From: an uncultured delta proteobacterium | GTDB lineage: Bacteria > Myxococcota_A > Polyangia > Polyangiales > B10-G4 | Assembly: GCA_963727445.1 (NCBI GenBank) | Contig: CAVSGI010000006.1 | Location: 160,001-224,000, forward strand | Reading direction: 5' to 3' | Length of the DNA stretch: 64,000 bases | In this document: positions 1 through 10,605 of the stretch, piece after piece | How the letters are laid out: each line of letters begins with the position of its first letter | Numbering within the stretch: the stretch's first letter is position 1 | The notes under the pieces: generated by a model | Seen by the model: the letters and a program-made list of their open reading frames with translations, nothing else | Databases searched by the model: none | What the model was told of the DNA's origin: nothing | Position numbers and translations under genes: made by a program

Positions 1-347
1 ATGATCGCGCCGAGGAAGCCGCCATAGGAGGAGAGGCCCAGGTACTCCTTCCACAGGAGCGTCGGGTCGTGCAGCACGCGCACGAACTGCTCGGGGCGGT
101 ACCAGGCGGCGTTCAGGAAGTAGCAGCTGATGAACGCGGTGATGACGACGTAGCCGACCATCTCGCTCACCACCGCGGGGTGGATGCCGCGGTCCTTGCC
201 GAAGCGCTCCGCGACCTTGGCGCCGAGGAGCACACCGATGGCCACCACCACGCCGAAGGGCTGGATGGGCAGGACGGCGTCGGTTCCCGGGATGGGGATT
301 TCCCAGGGCTCGGCCTTGAACCAAGGGATGAAGAGAAGGGCTTGCAC
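1..347 (-). CDS. lgt: Prolipoprotein diacylglyceryl transferase (partial, runs off the window start)
   Basis: Not in the ORF track. Manual translation from GTG 347: MQALLFIPWF...IQPFGVVVAIGVLLG...LLWKEYLGLSSYGGFLGAI, hydrophobic segments plus an Lgt-like G(L/M)SxxGG(F/L)xG motif. Confidence 0.75.
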   Translation of the reverse strand, partial: MQALLFIPWFKAEPWEIPIPGTDAVLPIQPFGVVVAIGVLLGAKVAERFGKDRGIHPAVVSEMVGYVVITAFISCYFLNAAWYRPEQFVRVLHDPTLLWKEYLGLSSYGGFLGAI

Positions 348-375
348 GGGCGGTCCTATAGCACTCCGAGGTGGC

Positions 376-1416
376 TCATCCCAAACCCGCAGCGCGGGCG
401 ATTCGTTCCCGCGCCAGCTTTCGGGCCACCTCACTCGCGGGAACGTCGCTCTCCGCCGATCGCGACAGCACCTCGCGCGCGGTCTCGCCGAGGCGGTCGA
501 TGAGCAGGGTGCGGTCGTCGAGGAGCATCACGGTGCGGCCGATGCCGTCGACCACCGCGCCCGCCGACGCGATCACGTCCGGCACCAGGAGCACGCCCCG
601 CTGGTGCAGGGCCAGACCGGCCGCGTCGCTGGCGAGGACGTTGTTCGCTCCCGGTACCACGCCCCAGGCGCGCACCTCGGAGACGACCTCCTCGGTGAGG
701 ACGCCGCCCACGGCGCACGGGCACAGGATGTCGACGTCTTGTTCGAGGATCGTCTCAGGGTCGGCGGTCTTCGCGTTGACCAGTGGGGCGAGGGCCGCCG
801 CCGCTTCGGCGTCGATGTCGGCGATCGTCAGCTCCGCGCCCACGTCGGCGAGGGCCCGACAGACCGCGGCGCCGATCGAGCCCACGCCCTGCACCGCGAC
901 GCGGAGGTTTTCTACGTCGACGCCCCTGGTCTCCGCGCAGGCTTCGACGCAGCGGAGCAGCCCGCGCGCGACCGCCGCCGAGAGGTCGACCTCCTCCGTG
1001 TGGACGTACTGTGTACGCTTCGCCATCGCTTCGAGGTCGGCCGCGGTGGTGCCGAGATCGCCGGCGGTACGGAAGAGGCCGTCGAGCTCTTCGATGCGGG
1101 CGCCGAGCACCTCGAAGGCGCGCGCGCGATCGAGGCCCTCGTGCGCGAGGACCACCGCCTTGCCGCCGCCCGCATCGAGTCCGCCGAGCGCACACTTGAG
1201 CGTCATCGCGCGGGCGAGGTCCGAGGCGTCCCGGAGCGCCGCCTCGACGTCCGGGTAGGCCATCGTACGCACGCCTCCGGCGGCCGGTCCCAGAGTGAGG
1301 TCGTCGATGGCGATGATCGCGCGAAGGCCCGAGGGCGCGTCGCTCACGAAAATCGCCCGCGCGAGGCGGGTCTCCTCGAGGGTGGCGAAGGGCTCCGGTG
1401 TGTGGGCGGGGTCCAC
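376..1416 (-). CDS. Glu/Leu/Phe/Val dehydrogenase (leucine dehydrogenase-like)
   Basis: LGPAAGGVR, MTLK, GGGKAV (catalytic Lys), VAVQGVGSIG Rossmann motif, PCAVGG, GANN; start taken at GTG 1416. Confidence 0.9.
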   Translation of the reverse strand: MDPAHTPEPFATLEETRLARAIFVSDAPSGLRAIIAIDDLTLGPAAGGVRTMAYPDVEAALRDASDLARAMTLKCALGGLDAGGGKAVVLAHEGLDRARAFEVLGARIEELDGLFRTAGDLGTTAADLEAMAKRTQYVHTEEVDLSAAVARGLLRCVEACAETRGVDVENLRVAVQGVGSIGAAVCRALADVGAELTIADIDAEAAAALAPLVNAKTADPETILEQDVDILCPCAVGGVLTEEVVSEVRAWGVVPGANNVLASDAAGLALHQRGVLLVPDVIASAGAVVDGIGRTVMLLDDRTLLIDRLGETAREVLSRSAESDVPASEVARKLARERIARAAGLG

Positions 1417-1468
1417 CGTCTGCCCCCCTTGCGATCCTGACGGCCGGCCGTCAAGCTCCCGCGCCTGA

Positions 1469-2767
<1,299 letters not shown>

Positions 2768-2861
2768 CGGCTCGCCCGCGCCACGCGACGTCTCGCGGGG
2801 CTCTCCTTTACCGGGGAGCCCGCGTGCCGCAAAGCAGCTTCAGCTAGGAGAAGAGACGGAG

Positions 2862-3992
<1,131 letters not shown>

Positions 3993-4706
3993 TCAGATCG
4001 CTTTGCTGCGGCGCGAGCGGATCAAATCGAGGAGCGGATCGATCCCGTCGGCGCGGGTGATGCTCACCACGTGGGTGCCGATGGGCTCGATGGCCGCGAC
4101 CACGCCGCGACCGTAGGGCAGGTCGGCGCCCCAGACGACCTTGGCGGTCGTCTCGGGCAGACCCGCGAGCTCGTCCGCGAGGTCGACGGGCTCGATGGGC
4201 GGGAAGTTGGTCGCATCCACCAGGACGATGGCCGAGTTCCGGAAGCGCTTGATGTCGTGAACGGTGCTCGCGCTCGCGGGAGCGATGCGCGCGGGACCGA
4301 GCGCCGAGGCCAGTCGCCGCTCGAAGGCGTCGCTACCGGCGATCACCAGGACCGGGACCGGGGTGCTGGTGGTGGGGACGGCGCGCGTCGCGTCTGCCTC
4401 GCGTCCACGGGGCGGCGGGGTACTGGTGGCCTGCTGGATGGAGATCTCCGGGGTGCCGTCGTCGTCGTCGTCGAGCGCTTCGTGCACCATCTTCATGAGC
4501 TTGCCGACCATGTCGGCATCGAGGCGCTTCTCGAGCGCGGGCTTGAGCGATCGATCGGCGAGCTGACGGAGCGCTTCCGGGGTGGAGGGGACGTCCGAGC
4601 CGTGGCTGCTGAGGGCTTCGAAGAGAACCGCCGACACATTCGCCGGGCTCATGTTCTTCTCGAGCACCTCGCGGAGAATCCAGACGTCGCCTCTGCCCTT
4701 GGCCAT
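3993..4706 (-). CDS. Hypothetical protein (helical N-domain, acidic linker, degenerate receiver-like alpha/beta C-domain)
   Basis: 237-aa ORF with coding-like composition; PVLVIAG...AIVLVDA...VVWG strand pattern. Confidence 0.65.
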   Translation of the reverse strand: MAKGRGDVWILREVLEKNMSPANVSAVLFEALSSHGSDVPSTPEALRQLADRSLKPALEKRLDADMVGKLMKMVHEALDDDDDGTPEISIQQATSTPPPRGREADATRAVPTTSTPVPVLVIAGSDAFERRLASALGPARIAPASASTVHDIKRFRNSAIVLVDATNFPPIEPVDLADELAGLPETTAKVVWGADLPYGRGVVAAIEPIGTHVVSITRADGIDPLLDLIRSRRSKAI

Positions 4707-4753
4707 GGAGGGCCTTCGTTACACGCCACGCGACCTCGGGGCAAGAGCCCTTC

Positions 4754-6064
4754 TCACTCGGCCATGATTCGCTGAACGAAGGACGTGTCGTAGCTGCCGG
4801 CGCGGAACGCTTCGTGGTTCAGCACGCGACGCAGGAAGGCGAGGTTGTTCGCCGGCCCTTCGATGACGGTCTCCGCCAGCGCGCGGTCGAGCCACAAGAG
4901 CGCGTCGTGGCGGCCGGGCGCGAAGGTGGCGAGGCGCGCGAGCAGAGGCTCGACGCCCAGAGGGACCGATGCCCCGACCTCGACGGCGGGCTCGATGCGC
5001 ACCTTCCGCGCCGGCGCGGGCGGGAATCGCATCTCGGTGACGCTGCCTTCCGTCCGGCGGAAGCCATCCTCCGGATCCTCGGCGCAGATCCGCACCTCGA
5101 AGGCGTGTCCGCGCGAAGCCAGCCGCTCGTCCTCGGTGATCGGCGCGCCGGCAGCGGCGGTGAGCGAGAGCTCGATGGGGTCGTAGCCGGTGACCATCTC
5201 GGTGACCAACACCGCCCCCTGCATGTCGGCGTTCGCCTCGAGGAAGTGGATGTGACCGTCGACGTCCACCAGGAACTCGACCGTGAAGACACCGGTCAGC
5301 GAGAGCTGTTCCGCGAGGCGGAGCGCCTGATCGATCAGCATCTCGCGCACCGCTTCACCCTCGGGATGGGCGCCGAGCCAGGGCGAAGGCGTCTCGGCGA
5401 TCAGCACCTGATGCCGCCGCTGAATGCTGCACTCGCGCTCGCTCAGCGCGGCGCGATTGTCGTGCGCGTCGGCGACGATGGTGACCTCGATCTGACGCGG
5501 CCTGTCGAGGGCGCGCTCCACGTAGAGGCGGGGATCACCAAAGGCGGTTCGTGCAGCGTCCGCTGCGGCGCCGAAGGCCGCGCCGAAGTCCTCTTCGTCG
5601 TCGACGCGATAGACGCCGATGCCGGCGGTCCCGGCCACGGGCTTCACGAAGACCGGGTAGCCGATGTCGGCGGCGGCTTCTGCGAGCGTCGAGCGATCCT
5701 CGCTCGCGCTGCTCTTCTCGATGGGCCGCAGGCCCCCGGCCTCGGCGCGATCCGAGAGCGCGACCTTGTCGGCCATGATCGCCAGCGCTTCGCTGGAGGG
5801 GCCGACGAAGGAGAGGTTCGCTGCGCGGGTGAGCATGGCGAGCTCGGCTCGCGAGCGCGGGCCGACGTAGCCGGGATGAATGGCGCTCGCGCCGAGCTCC
5901 TGCGCCGCCGCGACGATGGCCTCGGCGTCCGGAACGAGAGGGTGGGGTGGCGTCGGAAGCGAGGCGCTGAGCACGTCGATGGACAGACGCCGGCACGTCC
6001 GAGCCACCCGCGAGGCCACCTCGCCGAGACCGCTGATCAAGATGCTGTCGAAAGCGCCGTCCAT
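4754..6064 (-). CDS. Biotin carboxylase-like ATP-grasp protein with degenerate active site
   Basis: AIHPGY, MADK, IGYPVFVKP, RECSIQRRHQ, GHAFEVRICAED; but EMNTRIQVEH reads EANADMQGAV. Confidence 0.85.
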   Translation of the reverse strand: MDGAFDSILISGLGEVASRVARTCRRLSIDVLSASLPTPPHPLVPDAEAIVAAAQELGASAIHPGYVGPRSRAELAMLTRAANLSFVGPSSEALAIMADKVALSDRAEAGGLRPIEKSSASEDRSTLAEAAADIGYPVFVKPVAGTAGIGVYRVDDEEDFGAAFGAAADAARTAFGDPRLYVERALDRPRQIEVTIVADAHDNRAALSERECSIQRRHQVLIAETPSPWLGAHPEGEAVREMLIDQALRLAEQLSLTGVFTVEFLVDVDGHIHFLEANADMQGAVLVTEMVTGYDPIELSLTAAAGAPITEDERLASRGHAFEVRICAEDPEDGFRRTEGSVTEMRFPPAPARKVRIEPAVEVGASVPLGVEPLLARLATFAPGRHDALLWLDRALAETVIEGPANNLAFLRRVLNHEAFRAGSYDTSFVQRIMAE

Positions 6065-6155
6065 GGGGCCGCGAAACATAGCATCTGGGCGCGGAGCGGT
6101 CGTTCGCTATCGCTCGGGCTTGCGGCGCAGCGCTCGTGCGTGCTTGTCTCGCCCC

Positions 6156-6605
6156 GTGGCGGTGCTGGTGCGAACCCTCGGCCTGAAGAGTCGACCGGTA
6201 TCACCGGCCGAGGTGCGCGCGCGTGCGGAGCGGATGCTTCGGGCGCTGTCGATGCCGAAGGCCGAGCTCAGCATCCTGCTCTGCGACGACCGCACCATTC
6301 GGGCGCTGAACCGGGACTACCGCGACATCGACCGGCCCACCGACGTGCTCGCCTTTCCCCAATCCGAGGGAGAGGATGCTGACGCCCCCGCCATCCTGGG
6401 CGATGTGGTCATCTCCCTGCCCACCGCGCGCCGCCAGGCGATCAAAGCGAAGCGGACCATCGTGGCGGAGGTCACCATGCTCCTGGCCCATGGGCTATTG
6501 CACCTCCTCGGCTACGATCATCGAAACCGTAGCGAAGAACGCATCATGAAGGCCCGCACCGACGCGCTCTGCGCCGCCGCCAAGAGCCCCCGGAAGCGGG
6601 GGTGA
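6156..6605 (+). CDS. ybeY: rRNA maturation endoribonuclease YbeY
   Basis: LNRDYRDIDRPTDVLAF, LGDVVIS, AHGLLHLLGYDH metal motif; start GTG 6156 is approximate. Confidence 0.95.
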   Translation: MAVLVRTLGLKSRPVSPAEVRARAERMLRALSMPKAELSILLCDDRTIRALNRDYRDIDRPTDVLAFPQSEGEDADAPAILGDVVISLPTARRQAIKAKRTIVAEVTMLLAHGLLHLLGYDHRNRSEERIMKARTDALCAAAKSPRKRG

Positions 6606-6609
6606 GCGC

Positions 6610-6618
6610 TGTGGATAA
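6610..6618 (-). promoter_or_regulatory. Perfect DnaA box (TTATCCACA on the minus strand)
   Basis: TGTGGATAA at 6610-6618 in intergenic DNA. Confidence 0.6.
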
Positions 6619-6757
6619 GGTGCTCGCTACCGGATCGGCCCCTCCCTGGCTGTTCGGCTAGCCGAACACTGGCTTCTGGGGTTTCGAGCACGATTCCGCG
6701 CTGTTCGCAGATTGCACGATGGCGCGTCCGGCTTCTGCCCGGCCAGGACGGTGGCCT

Positions 6758-6766
6758 TGTGGATAA
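6758..6766 (-). promoter_or_regulatory. Perfect DnaA box (TTATCCACA on the minus strand)
   Basis: TGTGGATAA at 6758-6766, same orientation as the first box. Confidence 0.6.
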
Positions 6767-7062
6767 CCTGTGGTGTTTCTGGGCCGTATCAGACTCCGGG
6801 ATTTGGCCTGATCCCCCCATTTTCATGGGCTCTTTCTCTGTGACACCCTTGTGAGATTACGTGAAACATGGGGGTCGCGCAGAGGGGTGCACTCCCCGAA
6901 TCACCCGCGATGCACTTTTTTCCGGGTTTTTTGGGCTTCTTTTTCCAAAAACCCCTTGTCAGAGCAGATCCGCCGGTGCATAGATGGCCGCCAACTCAGG
7001 GGGCCAGAAAGCTTCGCGCCCCACGAACACCGCCGAAAGGCGGAAAGGCAAGGAGGGTGCCC

Positions 7063-7374
7063 ATGGCAGGAAAGCGAATGACCAAGGCCCAGATCGTCGG
7101 CGAGCTGGCGGACCGGAGCGGTCTCAGCAAGAAGGACATCAACGCGGTGCTCGAGGCCCTGCGCGACATCATCAAGCGCGAGCTCGGCAAGCGCGGCCCC
7201 GGCGAGTTCGTCGTGCCGGAGATCGCGCTCAAGCTGAAGGTGCGTCAGGTGAAGGCGCAGAAGGGCAAGAAGTTCCGCAACCCGGCCACCGGTGAGGTGA
7301 TCATCCGCGACGTGCCGGCCAGCAAGAAGCTTCGGGCGACCCCGCTCAAGAAGCTCAAGGAATTGGTCCTGTAA
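7063..7374 (+). CDS. HU/IHF-family DNA-binding protein
   Basis: MTKAQIVGELADRSGLSKKD, FRNPATGE, PASKKLRATPLKKLKE; RBS AAGGAGG. Confidence 0.93.
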   Translation: MAGKRMTKAQIVGELADRSGLSKKDINAVLEALRDIIKRELGKRGPGEFVVPEIALKLKVRQVKAQKGKKFRNPATGEVIIRDVPASKKLRATPLKKLKELVL

Positions 7375-7399
7375 GCGATCCGGTTCGACGCTGCAGAGA

Positions 7400-7425
7400 G
7401 GGCGGCCCGAAAGGCCGCCCTTTTT
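7400..7425 (+). terminator. Intrinsic terminator after HU
   Basis: GGGCGGCC-CGAAA-GGCCGCCC followed by TTTTT. Confidence 0.85.
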
Positions 7426-7430
7426 GCGTT

Positions 7431-8765
7431 TCAGGGGGCCTGCTGCGGGATGGGCGGCGGCGGGGGGGATTGCGCCGCCTCTCGCTCTCGTCTGCGCCGC
7501 TCCCGGGCTTCGAGCTCGCCCCGCAGGTAGTCCAGCACCGTCCGGATCTGTCGAGGGCCGAGGGCGGTTTCGGCGTGGACGTCCATCTCCTCCGCCTCGA
7601 TGGCGAGGTCGGTCAGGGGTCGATGAAAGCCGAGCATGCGGACGATGGCGTTTCGCGAGGCCTGCTCCGCCATCGCCCGCCAGTAGCGCACGGCTTCGCT
7701 CGCGGCCGCCTCGCTCTCGAACTCGCCCCAGGCGCGCACGTGCACCGTTCCCTCCGCGCCTTCCTCGACGGAGAGGCGGATCTTCAGCGGCACCCCGCGC
7801 GTCATCCCCCGCACGAAGCGGCGAGCCCCTTCGACCTCGACCGACAGGGCCTCTCCCTCCTCCATCGAGAGCAGCGCATCGGCGCCCGTGGGCTCGGCCT
7901 CTTGGCCCTCTTCTTCGGCCTCCTGGGCCTGCTCCTCGGCGCGGACGCGGGCCACCGCCAGGATGCGCGGAAGGTCCTCGGGCCGGGTGATCGTGAAGTG
8001 CGTGGGGCCGACTTTGGCGAGGACCCGCTCGGTCTCGTCCGCGTTCGCCCAGGGGGCGACCGCGACACCGCCCTCTGTCGACCAGGGCGCTTGCACGCTT
8101 CGCGCGGCCGCCATGCGCGCCACGACCGCATCCACGTCGACCTTCGACGGCTCGTAGCGACCGGCGAGGATCATGCGCGAGCGCTGCAGATTCGGCGACG
8201 CGATGAGCACGCGATCGAGGTCGTCGAGGGGATTGATCTCCGAGCCATCGAGGACGGCGCGCCAATCGGGGATGGCCATGAGAAGACGCCGCACCTCCGG
8301 GGCCAGGGGCGAGACACGGATGCGGGCCATGTCGAGGCGGAGCGCGATTTGCGCGCCTGCGGGCAAGCGCGTCTCGCCTTCCTCCTCGTCGCCCCCGGCG
8401 CCTTCCTCTTCGCTCCGTGCGGGGCCCGTATCCGCCTGCGCCACCGCCGCGGCGTCGTGGGCCACGCCGGCGTCGGCGACCGAGGTGTCCGCGTGCGCCA
8501 CGCTCGCGTCGACGGCGACATCTCCTTCGGCCTGGGGCTCATCCGCTTCGGCGGCCTGTGGGGCCACCGTCGGTGGCGCTGTGCTCGGCGCGCCGGCTGC
8601 GACCACCGCCTCGTCCGTGAGGCCGAACTCGATCTCGTTGGGCAGCTCGATCTCGAAGCCGAGATCCGGCGTCGTGAGATAGAGGGCGCCGTATGCGAAC
8701 ACCGCGAGATGAAGCGCGATGGAGCCACAGATCCCGAAGACGGACGCGGCGGTGTTTCGGCTCAT
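7431..8765 (-). CDS. Single-pass membrane protein with TonB/TolA-like N-terminal anchor, function unknown
   Basis: N-terminal TM containing SIALH (S-x3-H), acidic Ala/Pro linker, globular C-terminal region. Confidence 0.7.
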   Translation of the reverse strand: MSRNTAASVFGICGSIALHLAVFAYGALYLTTPDLGFEIELPNEIEFGLTDEAVVAAGAPSTAPPTVAPQAAEADEPQAEGDVAVDASVAHADTSVADAGVAHDAAAVAQADTGPARSEEEGAGGDEEEGETRLPAGAQIALRLDMARIRVSPLAPEVRRLLMAIPDWRAVLDGSEINPLDDLDRVLIASPNLQRSRMILAGRYEPSKVDVDAVVARMAAARSVQAPWSTEGGVAVAPWANADETERVLAKVGPTHFTITRPEDLPRILAVARVRAEEQAQEAEEEGQEAEPTGADALLSMEEGEALSVEVEGARRFVRGMTRGVPLKIRLSVEEGAEGTVHVRAWGEFESEAAASEAVRYWRAMAEQASRNAIVRMLGFHRPLTDLAIEAEEMDVHAETALGPRQIRTVLDYLRGELEARERRRREREAAQSPPPPPIPQQAP

Positions 8766-8873
8766 CTCAGGCGCTGCTCCACGCCGGGTTGACGCACGGG
8801 CCCTCGCATGAAATCACGCCGCGCGACTGGAAGCTCGCAGTTGGCCCGAAATTGGGCCTGATTTCGTCGTCCA

Positions 8874-10595
8874 ATGGGCACGCGCGTCAAAACCCTACTC
8901 CGGATCCAGGCACTCGTCGCCTCCACCGCGGTGATGGTGGTGGTGGCCTGCGAGGACGCCGAGCCCGAGAGCGCGGCGGAGCCAGAGCCACAGACGCAGG
9001 CTGCGCCGGAGCCGGAGCCGGAGCCCGAACCGGACCTGGGGCCGCCCCGGCGGGTCTTCGCCAAGCGCTTCGTCGCCAACGTGCGGAGCACGCCGGACCC
9101 CGAAGGCCGCCGCATGGGATACCTCCGCGCGGGCGCGACGCTCATGACCAAGACCTCACGGCCCGTGGCCGTGGACGAAGAGTGCGACGAGGGGTGGTTC
9201 GAGCTCGGCACCGGGGGCTTCGTCTGCAATGGCAAGGACGTCATCGTCTTCGACGGGGAGCGCCTCCCCGAGGTGCGGGCGACCCAGCCCGATCCCGAGG
9301 CGGATCTCCCTTATCAGTACGCGTATGCGCGCAGGGACAACGTCGCGGTCTACCGCGGTCTTCCCAACGACGAGGAGGCGGCGGAGTTCGAGGGGTACGT
9401 GATCCCCGGCTCCCAGCCGCCACCGCCACGAGACGGCGGCGAGACGCCCGAGGTGCAGAGCGAGGACACGGCCGAAGCGACGCCGGCCGGCATCGGCGGC
9501 GTCGAAGACGAGGCGAGCGAGGCGTTGGCTTCCGCCGAAGGCGAGGGCGAAGCCGCCGAAGGAGAAGAGGAAGAGGAGATTGACGCGGGGCCGCCGACGC
9601 TGCGCGACCTGCGCGGCAACCGCCACTCGATCCTGATGCGCCGGATGATGAAGGGCTTCTACGTGAGCCTCGACCGCGACTTCCGCGCCGGCCGCCGCCG
9701 TTACTGGAGAACGCAGCAGCACGAGTTCATCCCGTACCACATGCTGAATCTGAAGTCGGGCACGGAGTTCCAGGGGCTGGAGCTCGGGCCGCTGGTTTCC
9801 GGGACGGAGACGGAGACGGAAACGGAGACCGGGACGGAGACGGAGACGAGACGGATTCCGAAACGGCCGCGGCGACGGACACGCCCCCGCCCGCCATCAG
9901 CCTCCCCGTCGGCTGGGTCCTGTCCCGCGACACCAACAGCTACCGCGTCACCGACGACGGTCGCGTGCGCCGCAACGCACGCCGGCCCGGCTACCACCAC
10001 TCCTTCCACATCGTCGGCGAGGTCGAGCAACGGGGCGATCGCTACTTCGTGGGCGACGACGGCAATGCGTATCGGGAGCGGGACGTCACGGTGGCGGAGC
10101 GCATCGACAGGCCCGAGGACGTCGGCGAGGACGAGAAGTGGATTGACGTGAACCTCACGAACCAGACCCTCGTCGCGTACCAGGGCGACACGCCGGTCTA
10201 CACCACCCTCGTCTCCACCGGCATCATCATCCGCGAGGGCGTGCCGGGACAGGATCACCGCACCTCGCCCGGTCGCTACCGCATCCGCGCCAAGCATCTG
10301 GCGACGACGATGGACGGCTACAACGCCTTCGACGGCGCCTATTCGATTCGAAGACGTCCCCTACGTCATGTACTACGAGGCCGGCTACGCCCTGCACTCC
10401 GCCTTCTGGCACGACCTCTTCGGGCGCACGAAGAGCCACGGCTGCGTGAACCTGAGCCCCCGGGACGCGCGGTGGATGTTCGGGTGGACCGAGCCCGCGC
10501 TCCCCGACGGATGGCACGGCGTCTATCCCGAGGATCCGGAAGCGGGCACGCTCATCGTGATCCGGGGCGAGACACCGCAGCGCCGTCGCCGGTGA
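8874..10595 (+). CDS. L,D-transpeptidase (YkuD) lipoprotein, split by two compensating frameshifts
   Basis: Lipobox VVAC; WIDVNLTNQTLVAY, TLVSTG, ALHSAFWH..FGRTKSHGCVN catalytic motif; -1 shift near 9848 and +1 shift near 10347. Confidence 0.85.
9804..9853 (+). repeat. (ACGGAG)n coding microsatellite (Thr-Glu repeat)
   Basis: Imperfect 6-bp tandem repeat; one unit lacks a G and shifts the frame. Confidence 0.75.
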
Positions 10596-10605
10596 CGCGC
10601 GGCGA

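Noticed and set aside
6853..6868. parS site
   Set aside because: Only 11 of 16 positions match TGTTTCACGTGAAACA and the left arm is not palindromic; kept only as a note.
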